Of a DNA stretch of 55,397 bases, positions 32,915-42,779 are shown one piece after another. The first letter of the stretch is position 1; every line of letters begins with the position of its first letter. The notes under the pieces were generated by a model. That model was given only the letters and a program-made list of their open reading frames with translations. It was not told where the DNA came from and ran no database searches. Made by a program: the position numbers and the translations under genes. Location of the stretch: contig CAVWIG010000020.1 of NCBI GenBank assembly GCA_963754945.1, forward strand, positions 1 to 55,397, read 5' to 3'. The stretch comes from Methanotrichaceae archaeon. GTDB lineage: Archaea; Halobacteriota; Methanosarcinia; Methanotrichales; Methanotrichaceae.

Positions 32915-33799
32915 ATGAAAGATCAAGAAGCAAAGATGATTGTGAGGGAAAGGTACGCTCGAGTTGCAAAACAGAACGGCTCTTGCTGCTCGTCGCTGTG
33001 CTGCGGAACGTCCAAGCCTAAGGAGATAAGCAAGAAAATCGGCTATACGGAAGAAGAGCTCGGGGCTGCTCCTGCGGGATCCAACCTGGGATTAGGCTGC
33101 GGAAATCCAACCGTCCTTGCATCTATAAAAGCTGGGGAGACTGTTTTGGATCTAGGCTCTGGTGCGGGCTTCGATTGTTTCCTCGCTTCAAATAAGGTTG
33201 GGCCGGAGGGCAGAGTCATAGGCGTTGATATGACTGAAGAGATGATCGCTCGGGCTAGAGAAAACGCCTCCAAGGGCGGCTATAAAAATATAGAGTTCAG
33301 GCATGGGGAGATCGAGAACCTGCCGGTCGAGGATAATGCGGTTGATGTGATCATCTCAAACTGCGTAATCAACCTTGTGCCAAATAAGAAGAATGCGTTT
33401 AAGGAGGCATTTAGAGTACTCAAGCCGGGTGGCAGACTGATGGTCTCGGATATAGTCCTTCTCAAGACACTTCCGGATTTCGTGAAGGATTCGATCGAAG
33501 CTTACGTCGGCTGTGTCGCAGGTGCTGCAACCAAGGATAGATACCTGGATGCAATAAAGTCCGCTGGGTTCGGGGACGTGACTGTGATCGATGAATCGAT
33601 TTTCCCATTAGATTGTATGACCAACGATCCAACGGGCCAAGCAATCTTGAAAGGCCTGGAGGTAACACCTGAGCAACTGAAAGAGGTCGAGAATTCGATT
33701 ACAAGAAAACTAAGGTTTAAATGGATCAGTTACAATCTTATCGAGAGGATTCCAATGAATATAATTTCTATTTTACTGACCAATAGGCTGTTCAAATAG
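32915..33799 (+). CDS. arsM: Arsenite methyltransferase with aberrant C-terminus
   Basis: VRERY, CC..CC, GLGCGNP, VLDLGSGAGFD, ISNCVINL, GCVAGA; the tail runs into AT-rich DNA. Confidence 0.93.
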   Translation: MKDQEAKMIVRERYARVAKQNGSCCSSLCCGTSKPKEISKKIGYTEEELGAAPAGSNLGLGCGNPTVLASIKAGETVLDLGSGAGFDCFLASNKVGPEGRVIGVDMTEEMIARARENASKGGYKNIEFRHGEIENLPVEDNAVDVIISNCVINLVPNKKNAFKEAFRVLKPGGRLMVSDIVLLKTLPDFVKDSIEAYVGCVAGAATKDRYLDAIKSAGFGDVTVIDESIFPLDCMTNDPTGQAILKGLEVTPEQLKEVENSITRKLRFKWISYNLIERIPMNIISILLTNRLFK

Positions 33800-34007
33800 A
33801 TACACCAATGGCAAGTAAATCGCATATATTATCGAGTAAAAAATGTATTTGTTTTATTTCAATAATCACAATAAAGTGCACGGTGCATAGCATCACATGA
33901 TTGGGGTTTTAAAAGTACATTAATCTATTCGATATGCAAAAGGTAGGGTGGTGCGAAAAGCATGTAGTTGTGGCGGAGCTGCTCCGCAACGCAAACTACG
34001 CGTACCT

Positions 34008-34115
34008 CTAAAGAGGTAGTGATAGAGTTTTTCCTCTTTTACTTCTTAGTCTTGAGCGTTCCTTTCTTGCACCTTTCGGTTTTAGATTTTTTGCTCTTGA
34101 TCCTTTATTTTTCAT
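34008..34115 (-). CDS. Putative 35-aa basic peptide
   Basis: MKNKGSRAKNLKPKGARKERSRLRSKRGKTLSLPL with GAGGT 6 nt upstream of ATG. Confidence 0.3.
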   Translation of the reverse strand: MKNKGSRAKNLKPKGARKERSRLRSKRGKTLSLPL

Positions 34116-34537
34116 ACATAACCTCTATATGATTTGTTTCAATTGAGCCTCTTCTTTTCTATAGTTTGCGGTAGCCCTGTAGTTACGAGCAACTACGTTG
34201 TGTTTTTAATGACATATATTGACAATTATAAATAATATTATAAACGATAGTATTATAATGGATTAATATCACGCTTAAAGATAATCAAATTTATCAGTTA
34301 AACTTGAAGCAGTAATGCGACCCTTTAATTTATAGTTTTCTCAATTTTAATATTTTCCACTATTGATTATTTCGACCAGAAAAAAGAGCCGATAAAGATG
34401 TTTTATGGCTAAACCACTAAGTTATATAAGGTTTAATGAACTCTTAGAGCGCGTATGAAATCTATAGGAGATACTCTGACCTTCGGGCAGAGGTTGTCGA
34501 TTCTATAGCTGTGTATAGGTAAAGGGGTTGGATTCTG

Positions 34538-34747
34538 ATGAAGATAAGTGCTAGAAATATCCTGAACGGCAAAGTGAAAAAGATAGTAAAAGGCCCTGTT
34601 AGCACTGAGGTTACTGTTGAGCTTTCAGGTGGAGATACAATCGTTTCGGTTATTACCAAAACCTCTGCCGAAAATCTAAATCTAACAGAGGGCAAAGATG
34701 TCTACATAGTAATAAAAGCCTCCAATGTGATGATTGCCACCGATTGA
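34538..34747 (+). CDS. Mop/TOBE molybdate-binding protein
   Basis: MKISARN.L.G.V, SVIT..S...L.L..G, IKASNV. Confidence 0.93.
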   Translation: MKISARNILNGKVKKIVKGPVSTEVTVELSGGDTIVSVITKTSAENLNLTEGKDVYIVIKASNVMIATD

Positions 34748-34895
34748 TCGATCAGATGGCATCGGCGGCTGATGCATGCACTTGCGGGATTTTTGGCAGG
34801 CCTCCATACCAAAAAAATGACTCTTTTTTTACAACCACCCACGACGTAGAATCGGGTCTTTTGAGAAAAAGGAGAAAAGCCAGAAAAAATAGCAG

Positions 34896-35909
34896 CTAAA
34901 ACCCGTTCCTCTTAAGCTTTAATTTACCGACTTTTTCGATGGTTTCGACATTTACGCCATTCCTTGCTTCTATGAAACCCTTCTCTTCAGCTATCTTGAA
35001 CAGCCCCTCGCCTTCCGGGGTCCTGAGGATGACGACACTCATGCCTGGCATGCTTCCGGTGCTGCCCACGGAAATATCTGATAGCTTAGCTGTAAAGTCG
35101 GCGCAAGCCTTGCAGCCAGGCTTGACATATCCTGAAAGTTCTGGCAGCGGGATGGTCATCGTGCCTCCATCGCGCAGTGTGATAGTCATCATGCCTTCGC
35201 CTGCGGTCATCTTATCGATACGCCATGGCGGGATGCACAGGCGACGGGTAACCTCCGGTATTAATTGATCATCGAAGGCCTCGAAGCAGAATAATCCGAG
35301 AAGGAACCTCACTTTGTGCGCAAGTTTCATGGCGAACTCGTTCGAGGACTTTCTGAGAAGTCCCATCGCCTGGACTGTACACGGCGTTCCGACAAGAGCG
35401 ATGTTATTCACGCCCTTTATTACATCCTGAATAGGCTCCAGCACCGCATTGCTTGTATACTTGCTCCCTGCGCACTTTTCCAGATCCGAGGCATCATAGA
35501 CAACGCGCGGGTAGGACTTCTGTGCCCAACGGTCCTCACCCATGACCAATGCGCAGTCTACCAGTCCTTCCTCCAAAGCCGCAGTCAGCAATGCAGTAAC
35601 CGCGCCGCCATTCTGGAAGCGTCCGCTGTTTTTCTTAGATCTCACGTTCTTGACGGCGAGGTAAGGTCCAAGGATTTCGGATGAACCGATATTCTTGACG
35701 TTTTGGGGCATTCGCGGGCACACCTCAAGACACGCCTTGCAGTCTACGCACAGCGTGACTTGGTGCGGTCTGTTCAACTTCGGGTCGTAGGCCAGCGTAC
35801 CGGCAGGGCACACAGATATACAGGCTCTGCAACCAGCACAAACATTTCTCAGCCACACACTTTCCTCAAGCTCCTGGTAGGGCGGAGGCGAGGGCTTAAC
35901 CATATCCAT
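34896..35909 (-). CDS. Coenzyme F420 hydrogenase/dehydrogenase beta subunit family (FrhB/FdhB) with 2x[4Fe-4S]
   Basis: CAGCRACISVCP, CVDCKACLEVCP, QNGGAVT, GSKY, VGTPC, GLFCFE, GCKAC.DF, DISVG. Confidence 0.9.
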   Translation of the reverse strand: MDMVKPSPPPYQELEESVWLRNVCAGCRACISVCPAGTLAYDPKLNRPHQVTLCVDCKACLEVCPRMPQNVKNIGSSEILGPYLAVKNVRSKKNSGRFQNGGAVTALLTAALEEGLVDCALVMGEDRWAQKSYPRVVYDASDLEKCAGSKYTSNAVLEPIQDVIKGVNNIALVGTPCTVQAMGLLRKSSNEFAMKLAHKVRFLLGLFCFEAFDDQLIPEVTRRLCIPPWRIDKMTAGEGMMTITLRDGGTMTIPLPELSGYVKPGCKACADFTAKLSDISVGSTGSMPGMSVVILRTPEGEGLFKIAEEKGFIEARNGVNVETIEKVGKLKLKRNGF

Positions 35910-36164
35910 TTCCTGCAAGCGAAACACCATCAAATATGATTGCGAAACTCTATTTTTGATTTTAATTGTATTTGAGAGAAATTCATACCTCTTCACATAT
36001 ATCCCTTCAACCATACCCATTCAACCGTCATGCTATGTAAGAAGGAGCCAAGGGCTTGACTTCAGGCCCGTTTAAAGATCACCGAAGCTGTGCCTATCGA
36101 AGCTTGCTGTTGTTTTGGAGGCTGTAAGCATTTGCTGCGGTCAATTGTCGGCACGGACGCGCCA

Positions 36165-36380
36165 TCGACCAGCTCAAAGCAGTAATCCCCAGAACGGCTG
36201 CGCCTTTATCCGACTCCACTAAAGCTATGACCTCCTCGGTCTGTGCTGTGTGCTTAGACTGACCAAGTATGCTTGTGGGATACTCGGCAATTACGTTGTA
36301 TTTGTCAGGTATTTCGATCTTGGCGATCTTCGCTGCCAGATCTTTTGTAATATCGGAATTGTAGCAAAGCCTACATCGGC
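36165..36380 (-). pseudogene. modA: C-terminal remnant of molybdate ABC substrate-binding protein
   Basis: Across frameshifts: ADVGF..SDITKDLAAKIAKIEIPDKYNVIAEYP...EEVIALVESDKGAAVL..Y.FE. Confidence 0.6.
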
Positions 36381-36439
36381 TATACTCGCAGGCAGCGGGA
36401 GGTTACGATTAAAAAATGGAACGGTGTTTTAGACAAGTT

Positions 36440-38062
36440 TTACATTATTTTGTATCTGGGTCCGTCTCCCCCTTCCGGAACTTCCCATTTGATCAATTGG
36501 CGTGGACACTTCAAACGGCACGTCTGGCAGTGTAAACAGTTGGATGGACTTAAAATAAGCTTTTCATCCTCGAATTTATACACTTCTGCCGGGCAAAAAG
36601 AGGCACACGGGTAACATCCGAAGTATTTGTTGCAGCTCTCGTTCTGACACGCTTCGCGGAAGGTGATGTGGGTTGGCTCATCTTCTCTATGCGTTGTTCC
36701 TGAAAGGCTTACAGCCGTCAGTCTATCGATACTATCGGCTGGCTCTCTCTTTAGTTGTACACTTCGCATGCCTTCATAGCTAGGTTTGGTGCTAAGCCTA
36801 AGCGGTATCCATGATTGGAAAAAAGATAAAGGGGCACCTAAATAATAGCCTAATCTTCCTGTTCTCGAAAAGATTTGTCGGTAATTACGAGATGCATACA
36901 GTTCTTTCATCACGAAACTCTCGTTTAATATATCATGATATTTCTTCAATGACTGCGAAGTGAAATCTTGTTTTTCAATAGCCTCGTATATGGCCTCCCC
37001 TGCGGCAATTCCGGACTTTATTGCGTAGTGAAGTCCTTTTCGCTTCTTTGCGTTGGTCAGTCCTGCCGCGTCTCCTACGATTATAACTCCGTCCGCTACT
37101 AATTGTGGAACTGAATAAAAACCGCCTTCCGGAAATGTTTTAGCACCGTAAGCAACCACCTCGCCTCCTTTAAGGAAGTTCTTGATCATGCTGTGGGATT
37201 TGAAAATTTGTAGTTCCTGCTGTGGGTTCAGATCAGCGTATCGCCAATCGAGTGCCATCACCAGTGCAACGGCCACAAGATTATCCCTCATGCTGTAGAT
37301 CGAACCGGCACCGTATATATCGGGTGGGAAAGGAAAACCCAAAGTATGTATCACACGGTTGGCTCCAAAAGAGTTATTTTCTGGCAACTTAATTATTTCT
37401 TTTACTCCCATAGAATAAATCTGTGGATTTTTCTTCGCATTAAGTTTGAATCGCTTCACCACGTCTTCTGCCAGCAGTCCCGCGGAACCTTCACCTAGGA
37501 CAGTTACCTTGGCTTCGATTATTTCGCCGGGTACATAGTTAGAAAGCGGGTGTCTTTCTTTGTCTAAACCCTTGTCCCCTAGCTTGATGCCTTTAACCCT
37601 GTTGTTTTCAACGACGATCTCTTTGGCCGCAAAACCTGTATATATTTCTACACCGAGCTTGATAGCGATCCTCGCCAGCCAGTTAACGAGTTCGCTGATG
37701 GAAACTGAATAAGCGTTTTTGTTGTGCATGGAAGCCGGAATAATGAAGTCCGGAATTCGAAACGCCGTATTCTTGCCTTTCAGGAGATACAACTCGTCTT
37801 TTATTATCCGGTTGGCTAGTAATTTTGTGACGAACTTGTCCTCTTCATCGCCCCGCCATCCTGGCAATAGTTCATCTAATACCTGGGCTTCAAAAATCGC
37901 TCCCGATAGATGGTGCTGACCAATCTTCTCGGCTTTTTCGATGACCACGACAGACTGGTTTATGCCTTTTTGATTTAGTAATTGCTTTAATTTGATGGCT
38001 CCCGCTAGGTTGGCCGGACCCCCACCGATAAAAAGTACATCTATTTTTTTTAGTTCATCCAT
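36440..38062 (-). CDS. ETF:quinone oxidoreductase-like (FixC-FixX fusion)
   Basis: GGGPA, HHLSGA, GEGS.G, GVKE, PEGG, GDAAG, KGLHYAIKSG; C-terminal CPAEVY, NCLHCQTC, VPEGGDGPRY. Confidence 0.92.
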   Translation of the reverse strand: MDELKKIDVLFIGGGPANLAGAIKLKQLLNQKGINQSVVVIEKAEKIGQHHLSGAIFEAQVLDELLPGWRGDEEDKFVTKLLANRIIKDELYLLKGKNTAFRIPDFIIPASMHNKNAYSVSISELVNWLARIAIKLGVEIYTGFAAKEIVVENNRVKGIKLGDKGLDKERHPLSNYVPGEIIEAKVTVLGEGSAGLLAEDVVKRFKLNAKKNPQIYSMGVKEIIKLPENNSFGANRVIHTLGFPFPPDIYGAGSIYSMRDNLVAVALVMALDWRYADLNPQQELQIFKSHSMIKNFLKGGEVVAYGAKTFPEGGFYSVPQLVADGVIIVGDAAGLTNAKKRKGLHYAIKSGIAAGEAIYEAIEKQDFTSQSLKKYHDILNESFVMKELYASRNYRQIFSRTGRLGYYLGAPLSFFQSWIPLRLSTKPSYEGMRSVQLKREPADSIDRLTAVSLSGTTHREDEPTHITFREACQNESCNKYFGCYPCASFCPAEVYKFEDEKLILSPSNCLHCQTCRLKCPRQLIKWEVPEGGDGPRYKIM

Positions 38063-38073
38063 GGAGTTGCTCC

Positions 38074-39969
38074 TTATGAATTCAATATCTTTATGAGTTT
38101 AGGGACCAGCTCTTCGAAGTTGCCCACGATACCAAAATCCGCTGTCTTAAAAATATTAGCATTAGGATCTTTATTGATCGCCAGGACAATTCCCGAGTTT
38201 TGCATTCCGCTAATGTGTTGCACTGCTCCAGAGATGCCTACAGCGACATATAATTTTGGTTTTACCGTTTGACCGGTCTGTCCTACCTGATGACTCCTAT
38301 CAATGAAACCCATTTCTACCGCGACGCGTGAAGCTCCAACCATCGCCTTTTCACCTAGAAACTTGCCTAGAGCGTCGGACAATGCGGGTATGCAATTCAC
38401 AAATCCTTCTTTGGTCTTGCAACCCGCGCCTCCCGCCACGATTATAGCAGCGTCTTTTAACTCCGAGGTAGCCGGACATTCTTCGGAAGAAATAATTTTC
38501 ACGGTGAAATCAGCTTCGGTAAGCACCGGTACGTATTTGATTATAACACCCGCCCGGCTTTCATCCGGTTCTAGAGCCTGCATCACGCCAGGTCTAACCG
38601 TAGACATTTGTACCTTTGAGTTCTGGGTGATTATTGAAGCCATGATGTTCCCCCCTAAGGCAGGCCGGGTTTGTTTTAAAATGGCGATATAATCTTGCAT
38701 ACCTTTTTTGTAATCGAAAATATCCAAGGATGTACAGTCGGCTGTCAGTCCTGAGCAAGCCCTGTAAGCAACTCTGGGGGCTAATTCTCTGCCTAGTGGT
38801 GTTGCACTGAATAATATCATCTGTGGTTTATATTTATCCAGGAGTTCGCAAACAACCCTTGAATAAAGAACCGGCTGGAAATCATTAAGCTGGTCGCTTG
38901 TTATTGTGTAAACTTTGTCTGCTCCGTATGAAATTAAACTATTGTGCAACTGCGGACTACTCTGCCCGACAAGAACCGCTCCGACTTTTGTGTTGACTTG
39001 AGTTGCAAGTTCGCTTGCTTTTCCCAACAATTCGTAAGAGGCCTGGTTGATTTCACCATCCCCTTGTTCGGCGAAGACCCACACCTCCCCAGTGTATGTT
39101 GGATTTTTGCCTGCTGGAAGCTGGTAAGTAACTTTTGCGGTTTCCTGATTGGTTGATTTTAATTTGCTGAGGTACGCATCTTTCAATAGTCCTGCCAATT
39201 TAGTTAAATCGGGCTCGAAAATACATTTCCTGGTATTCACTTCTCTAGGAGAAAATATTTTAAAAACCGTTGTGCGTGAACCGGCCAAGCCTATTCGTGA
39301 TTCATCTCCGGTTACATCCGCAGCATTCCACCGGAGAAGACTCTGTGAATTAGCCCATCTTGTCCGCCCAAAGGTGGCATTGGGGTGAAGGGTCCAATTA
39401 GTAACTGTTATCATGCATGGATATGTTACTGGGGAGACGGTCTGAGTTCCTCGTCTTGTAATCCGTTTAATATATAGGCGATTATTTTTATCGGTGCTAA
39501 AGGAAGTGGCGTATGCGATGTGGGCGATTCCCAGGTCCTCCGCTACCTGCGGCGGTACCTGGGCAGTGTCACCGTCTACCGATTGCATACCGCTGATTAT
39601 GATGTAATCACGGTCACCATTGAAGATGTCTTTTTCGATTTTTCTGATGGCCGCTGCCAGCGGATAAGCGGTTGCAGCCGTATCCGCTCCGCCCAGCTTT
39701 CTATCGGTGAGCAGCACACCGGTATCGGCACCTACAGACAGTGAATATTTTAATACCGCGTCGGCGAAAGGTGGTCCCATTGAAAGACCTACTATCTGTC
39801 CAGGTAGCACCTGACGCATGGATGTCGCAAAGGCAATCGCTTGTTTATCCAGCTCGTTGCAAACGTTGTCCAGAAGACCCCTTTTGAGAATTCCCTTCTC
39901 CCAATCCCATGCTTCCTCCGGAATTTTTTTTATATCCGGCACCTGTTTCACCAGTACGATGTAATTCAT
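38074..39969 (-). CDS. Fused electron transfer flavoprotein beta-alpha (EtfBA/FixAB)
   Basis: EtfB: VKQVPD, GADTAAT, DGDTAQV. EtfA: GLTADC, TRPALGG, QVGQTG..VKP, GISGAVQH..GM, AINKD. Confidence 0.93.
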   Translation of the reverse strand: MNYIVLVKQVPDIKKIPEEAWDWEKGILKRGLLDNVCNELDKQAIAFATSMRQVLPGQIVGLSMGPPFADAVLKYSLSVGADTGVLLTDRKLGGADTAATAYPLAAAIRKIEKDIFNGDRDYIIISGMQSVDGDTAQVPPQVAEDLGIAHIAYATSFSTDKNNRLYIKRITRRGTQTVSPVTYPCMITVTNWTLHPNATFGRTRWANSQSLLRWNAADVTGDESRIGLAGSRTTVFKIFSPREVNTRKCIFEPDLTKLAGLLKDAYLSKLKSTNQETAKVTYQLPAGKNPTYTGEVWVFAEQGDGEINQASYELLGKASELATQVNTKVGAVLVGQSSPQLHNSLISYGADKVYTITSDQLNDFQPVLYSRVVCELLDKYKPQMILFSATPLGRELAPRVAYRACSGLTADCTSLDIFDYKKGMQDYIAILKQTRPALGGNIMASIITQNSKVQMSTVRPGVMQALEPDESRAGVIIKYVPVLTEADFTVKIISSEECPATSELKDAAIIVAGGAGCKTKEGFVNCIPALSDALGKFLGEKAMVGASRVAVEMGFIDRSHQVGQTGQTVKPKLYVAVGISGAVQHISGMQNSGIVLAINKDPNANIFKTADFGIVGNFEELVPKLIKILNS

Positions 39970-40521
39970 CTTGTCCCTTTTCCCGTCTATTACTTTTTTT
40001 GATGCCGGAAGTGGCAGTGTGTCGAATCTTCTGTATTTTGGGTTGCCCTGTATCCAAAACGATCAATCAGTATCCATAGATAAATACCTTTAGTGATCAT
40101 CCACTTTCATCGATATCAATCAGACCGAGACTCCTAACTCATGAAGAGCTAATCACCAGGAGGCATCGAAGACTCTAGTTCTTCTGGACTCGATTGAATG
40201 GACCCCAGGTTCCTGACCTCGCCTCCCACGTGCTTAACCCGCAGGGGGTCTTTATCCTTCGCCATTGCCACCAATCGATCAGATGGCGTCTGCTGGAAAG
40301 CACAGTGATCCGACCTCTTCCATATTGATGTCTTCCAGCCTCAATTTTTATGACTACTGAGGCTGGAGATAAACACATCTCATTCTGTTGCGTTGAAATC
40401 TGATTGTCGTAATCGTAGTTTTTATAAGCGTTTATGTTTGCATCGAACTTCCCAGGTTAGCATTTGAGCAAAACTTCTTAACCCTCTACAACGCTATAAC
40501 CTCGCCTGGAGGAACTTTACC

Positions 40522-40650
40522 ATGGGAGAGATCACAGTGAAAATAGCGATCTGCGAAGGCTGTGGTCGGAGTTTCACCAGGGAAGAGTGGAGAGGCTCTG
40601 CGTCGCCTATCTCGAACGTGCGCAATAATGATTATTCATGTATCAGGTGA
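40522..40650 (+). CDS. Small CxxC peptide upstream of fdhA (possibly a frameshifted Zn-finger)
   Basis: GGAGG RBS; MGEITVKIAICEGCGR...; an alternative frame gives RLCVAYLERAQ*. Confidence 0.35.
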   Translation: MGEITVKIAICEGCGRSFTREEWRGSASPISNVRNNDYSCIR

Positions 40651-40655
40651 TTGAT

Positions 40656-42695
40656 ATGGCCAAAAAACTGATCCCATCTTTGTGTCCATACTGCGCGGTT
40701 GGCTGTGCTTATTACATTGAGGTTGAAAAAGATAGAGCGGTCGGCATCAAGTACATGCCCGAGCATCCCACCTCGGAGGGGGCCCTCTGCCCCAAGGGAA
40801 ATGCTGTTTTGGAGGTCCTCAACCACGAAGAACGGCTGCGCTATCCACTCCGAAAAGCAGGAGACGAGTGGGTGCGGATATCGTGGGATGAAGCTCTGGA
40901 CATTGTCGCCAAGAACCTGGCCAAGGCCATCAAGAATTACGGGCCAAAATCCCTGGGTTTCCTGGCTTCATCCAGGTGCAACAACGAGGAGAACTACCTG
41001 ATGCAGAAGATGGCACGCCTTCTCGGGTCACCCAATGTGGACAACTGTGCCCGGCTATGCCACTCACCGACTGTGGTCGGCCTGGGTTCAGTCCTTGGCA
41101 CTGGTGCCATGACCAACAACATCGTTGACCTGGAGAACTCAAAGTGCATCTTGGCCATTGGCACCAACTTCACGGAGGCACATCCAGTTGTGTCCAGGTG
41201 GGTTAATCGGGCCAAAGACAATGGAGCTGTGGTAATCGTAGCCGATCCAAGGATAACATCTACCTCCTGGATGTCGGACATTCATCTGCGGATCAAGCCG
41301 GGAAGCGATATAGACCTCATCCGTGGAATGATGAAGGTAATAATTGACGAAGGCCTATCGGACAATAATTTCATAGCCGCCAGAACGGAGGGCTTCAACG
41401 ACCTCGTAAAGAGCCTGGAAGGTTACTCAGTGGAAGAGGCGGCGGAGTTAACGGGCGTTCCAGCCAAGGACATATCCGAGGCTGCACGGCTCTTCGCTAA
41501 ATCTCCTGCTTCTATGATTCTCTACTCAATGGGAATTACCCAACATGTATGCGGGACAGACAATGTGAAAGCCTGTGTGGGCCTGGCCCTGATCTGCGGC
41601 CAGATAGGAAGGCCAGGAGCGGGCATCCTGCCTATGCGGGGGCAGAACAACGTCCAGGGAACGTGCGACGTCGGAGCCATAGCCGAGTTTTATCCAGGTT
41701 ACAAAAGAGCCTCAGATCCAAAATCGGTTGAGTTCTTCAAGGTTGGTTGGAACGTCAACGAACTTCCATCCGGCCCGGGCCTGACCTCTACGGAGATGAC
41801 GGACGCCGCTCTAGAAGGAAAGCTCAAGGCCATGTACATAATCGGAGAGGACCCAGTCATCTGCGATGCCAATGTGAACAAGACAAAAGAGGCCCTGAAA
41901 GCCTTGGATTTCCTGGTGGTTCAGGAGATCTTCATGACTGCCACTGCCCGGATGGCCGACGTTGTTCTACCGGCTGCTGCCTGGGCTGAGAAGGACGGCA
42001 GCTACACATCAATGGAGCGCAGGGTGCAGTGGATAGACCAGGCTGTGCCTCCCATAGGAGAAGCCAAGGAAGGAATGTGGATCGTCAGCCAGATCGCCAA
42101 CAGGTTAGGCCTGGACTTCAACTATGCCGACGCATCCGACGTTCTGAAGGAGATGAACCGCTTGATGCCTATCTACGGAGGAATGACAAAGGAGAGGATC
42201 TCCAAAGTCGGGGGTCTGAGGTGGCCATGTCCTGACGAGAAGCACCCTGGAACTGATATTCTGCACACCGAGAGGTTCTCAACCCCCGACGGCAAGGCCA
42301 GGATCGCCTGTGTGGAAAACAAGCCCCCTGGCGAAGAGACCACTCCCGAATACCCCATACTGCTCACCACCGGCAGAATAGTGCTTCATTACAACAGCGG
42401 TTCCATGACCCGGAGAAGCCCATCCCTCGACGAAAGAGATCCCGAGCTGTATGTTGAGATTAACCCAGAAGACGCCGCCAGGCTGAAAATCAATGATGGA
42501 GACGTTGTGCTCGTAAAGACGCGCCGGGGCGAGGCTGAAGCTGCTGCCAGGGTTTCGGACAAAGTACAACCAGGTGTAGCCTTCATGCCTTTCCATTGGA
42601 GCGGGACGAACATCATCACCTCCGATGCTCTGGACCCGGTCTCCAAGATCCCGGAGTACAAGATGGCAGCCTGCAGAATAGAGGTAATGTCCTGA
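40656..42695 (+). CDS. fdhA: Formate dehydrogenase alpha subunit (Cys-type)
   Basis: CPYCAVGC..LCPKG, NEENY, DNCARLCH, RGQNNVQG, EKDGS, LTTGR, PEYK. Confidence 0.95.
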   Translation: MAKKLIPSLCPYCAVGCAYYIEVEKDRAVGIKYMPEHPTSEGALCPKGNAVLEVLNHEERLRYPLRKAGDEWVRISWDEALDIVAKNLAKAIKNYGPKSLGFLASSRCNNEENYLMQKMARLLGSPNVDNCARLCHSPTVVGLGSVLGTGAMTNNIVDLENSKCILAIGTNFTEAHPVVSRWVNRAKDNGAVVIVADPRITSTSWMSDIHLRIKPGSDIDLIRGMMKVIIDEGLSDNNFIAARTEGFNDLVKSLEGYSVEEAAELTGVPAKDISEAARLFAKSPASMILYSMGITQHVCGTDNVKACVGLALICGQIGRPGAGILPMRGQNNVQGTCDVGAIAEFYPGYKRASDPKSVEFFKVGWNVNELPSGPGLTSTEMTDAALEGKLKAMYIIGEDPVICDANVNKTKEALKALDFLVVQEIFMTATARMADVVLPAAAWAEKDGSYTSMERRVQWIDQAVPPIGEAKEGMWIVSQIANRLGLDFNYADASDVLKEMNRLMPIYGGMTKERISKVGGLRWPCPDEKHPGTDILHTERFSTPDGKARIACVENKPPGEETTPEYPILLTTGRIVLHYNSGSMTRRSPSLDERDPELYVEINPEDAARLKINDGDVVLVKTRRGEAEAAARVSDKVQPGVAFMPFHWSGTNIITSDALDPVSKIPEYKMAACRIEVMS

Positions 42696-42779
42696 GATTG
42701 AAAGTCCTGAGACGGAACCTGATACGGGAACCGGATACGGAACCAGGAACAGGAAACGGGACTGAGGGAGACAATAGAA

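Noticed and set aside
40656-42695. Selenocysteine or pyrrolysine recoding in fdhA or nearby broken genes
   Set aside because: FdhA has Cys (TGC) at the active site and no in-frame stop; the other breaks are indels, IS insertions or lie in genes that also carry frameshifts.
42700-42775. GGAACC(T/G)GATACG short repeats between fdhA and fdhD
   Set aside because: Two to three degenerate units; looks like slippage with no supportable function.
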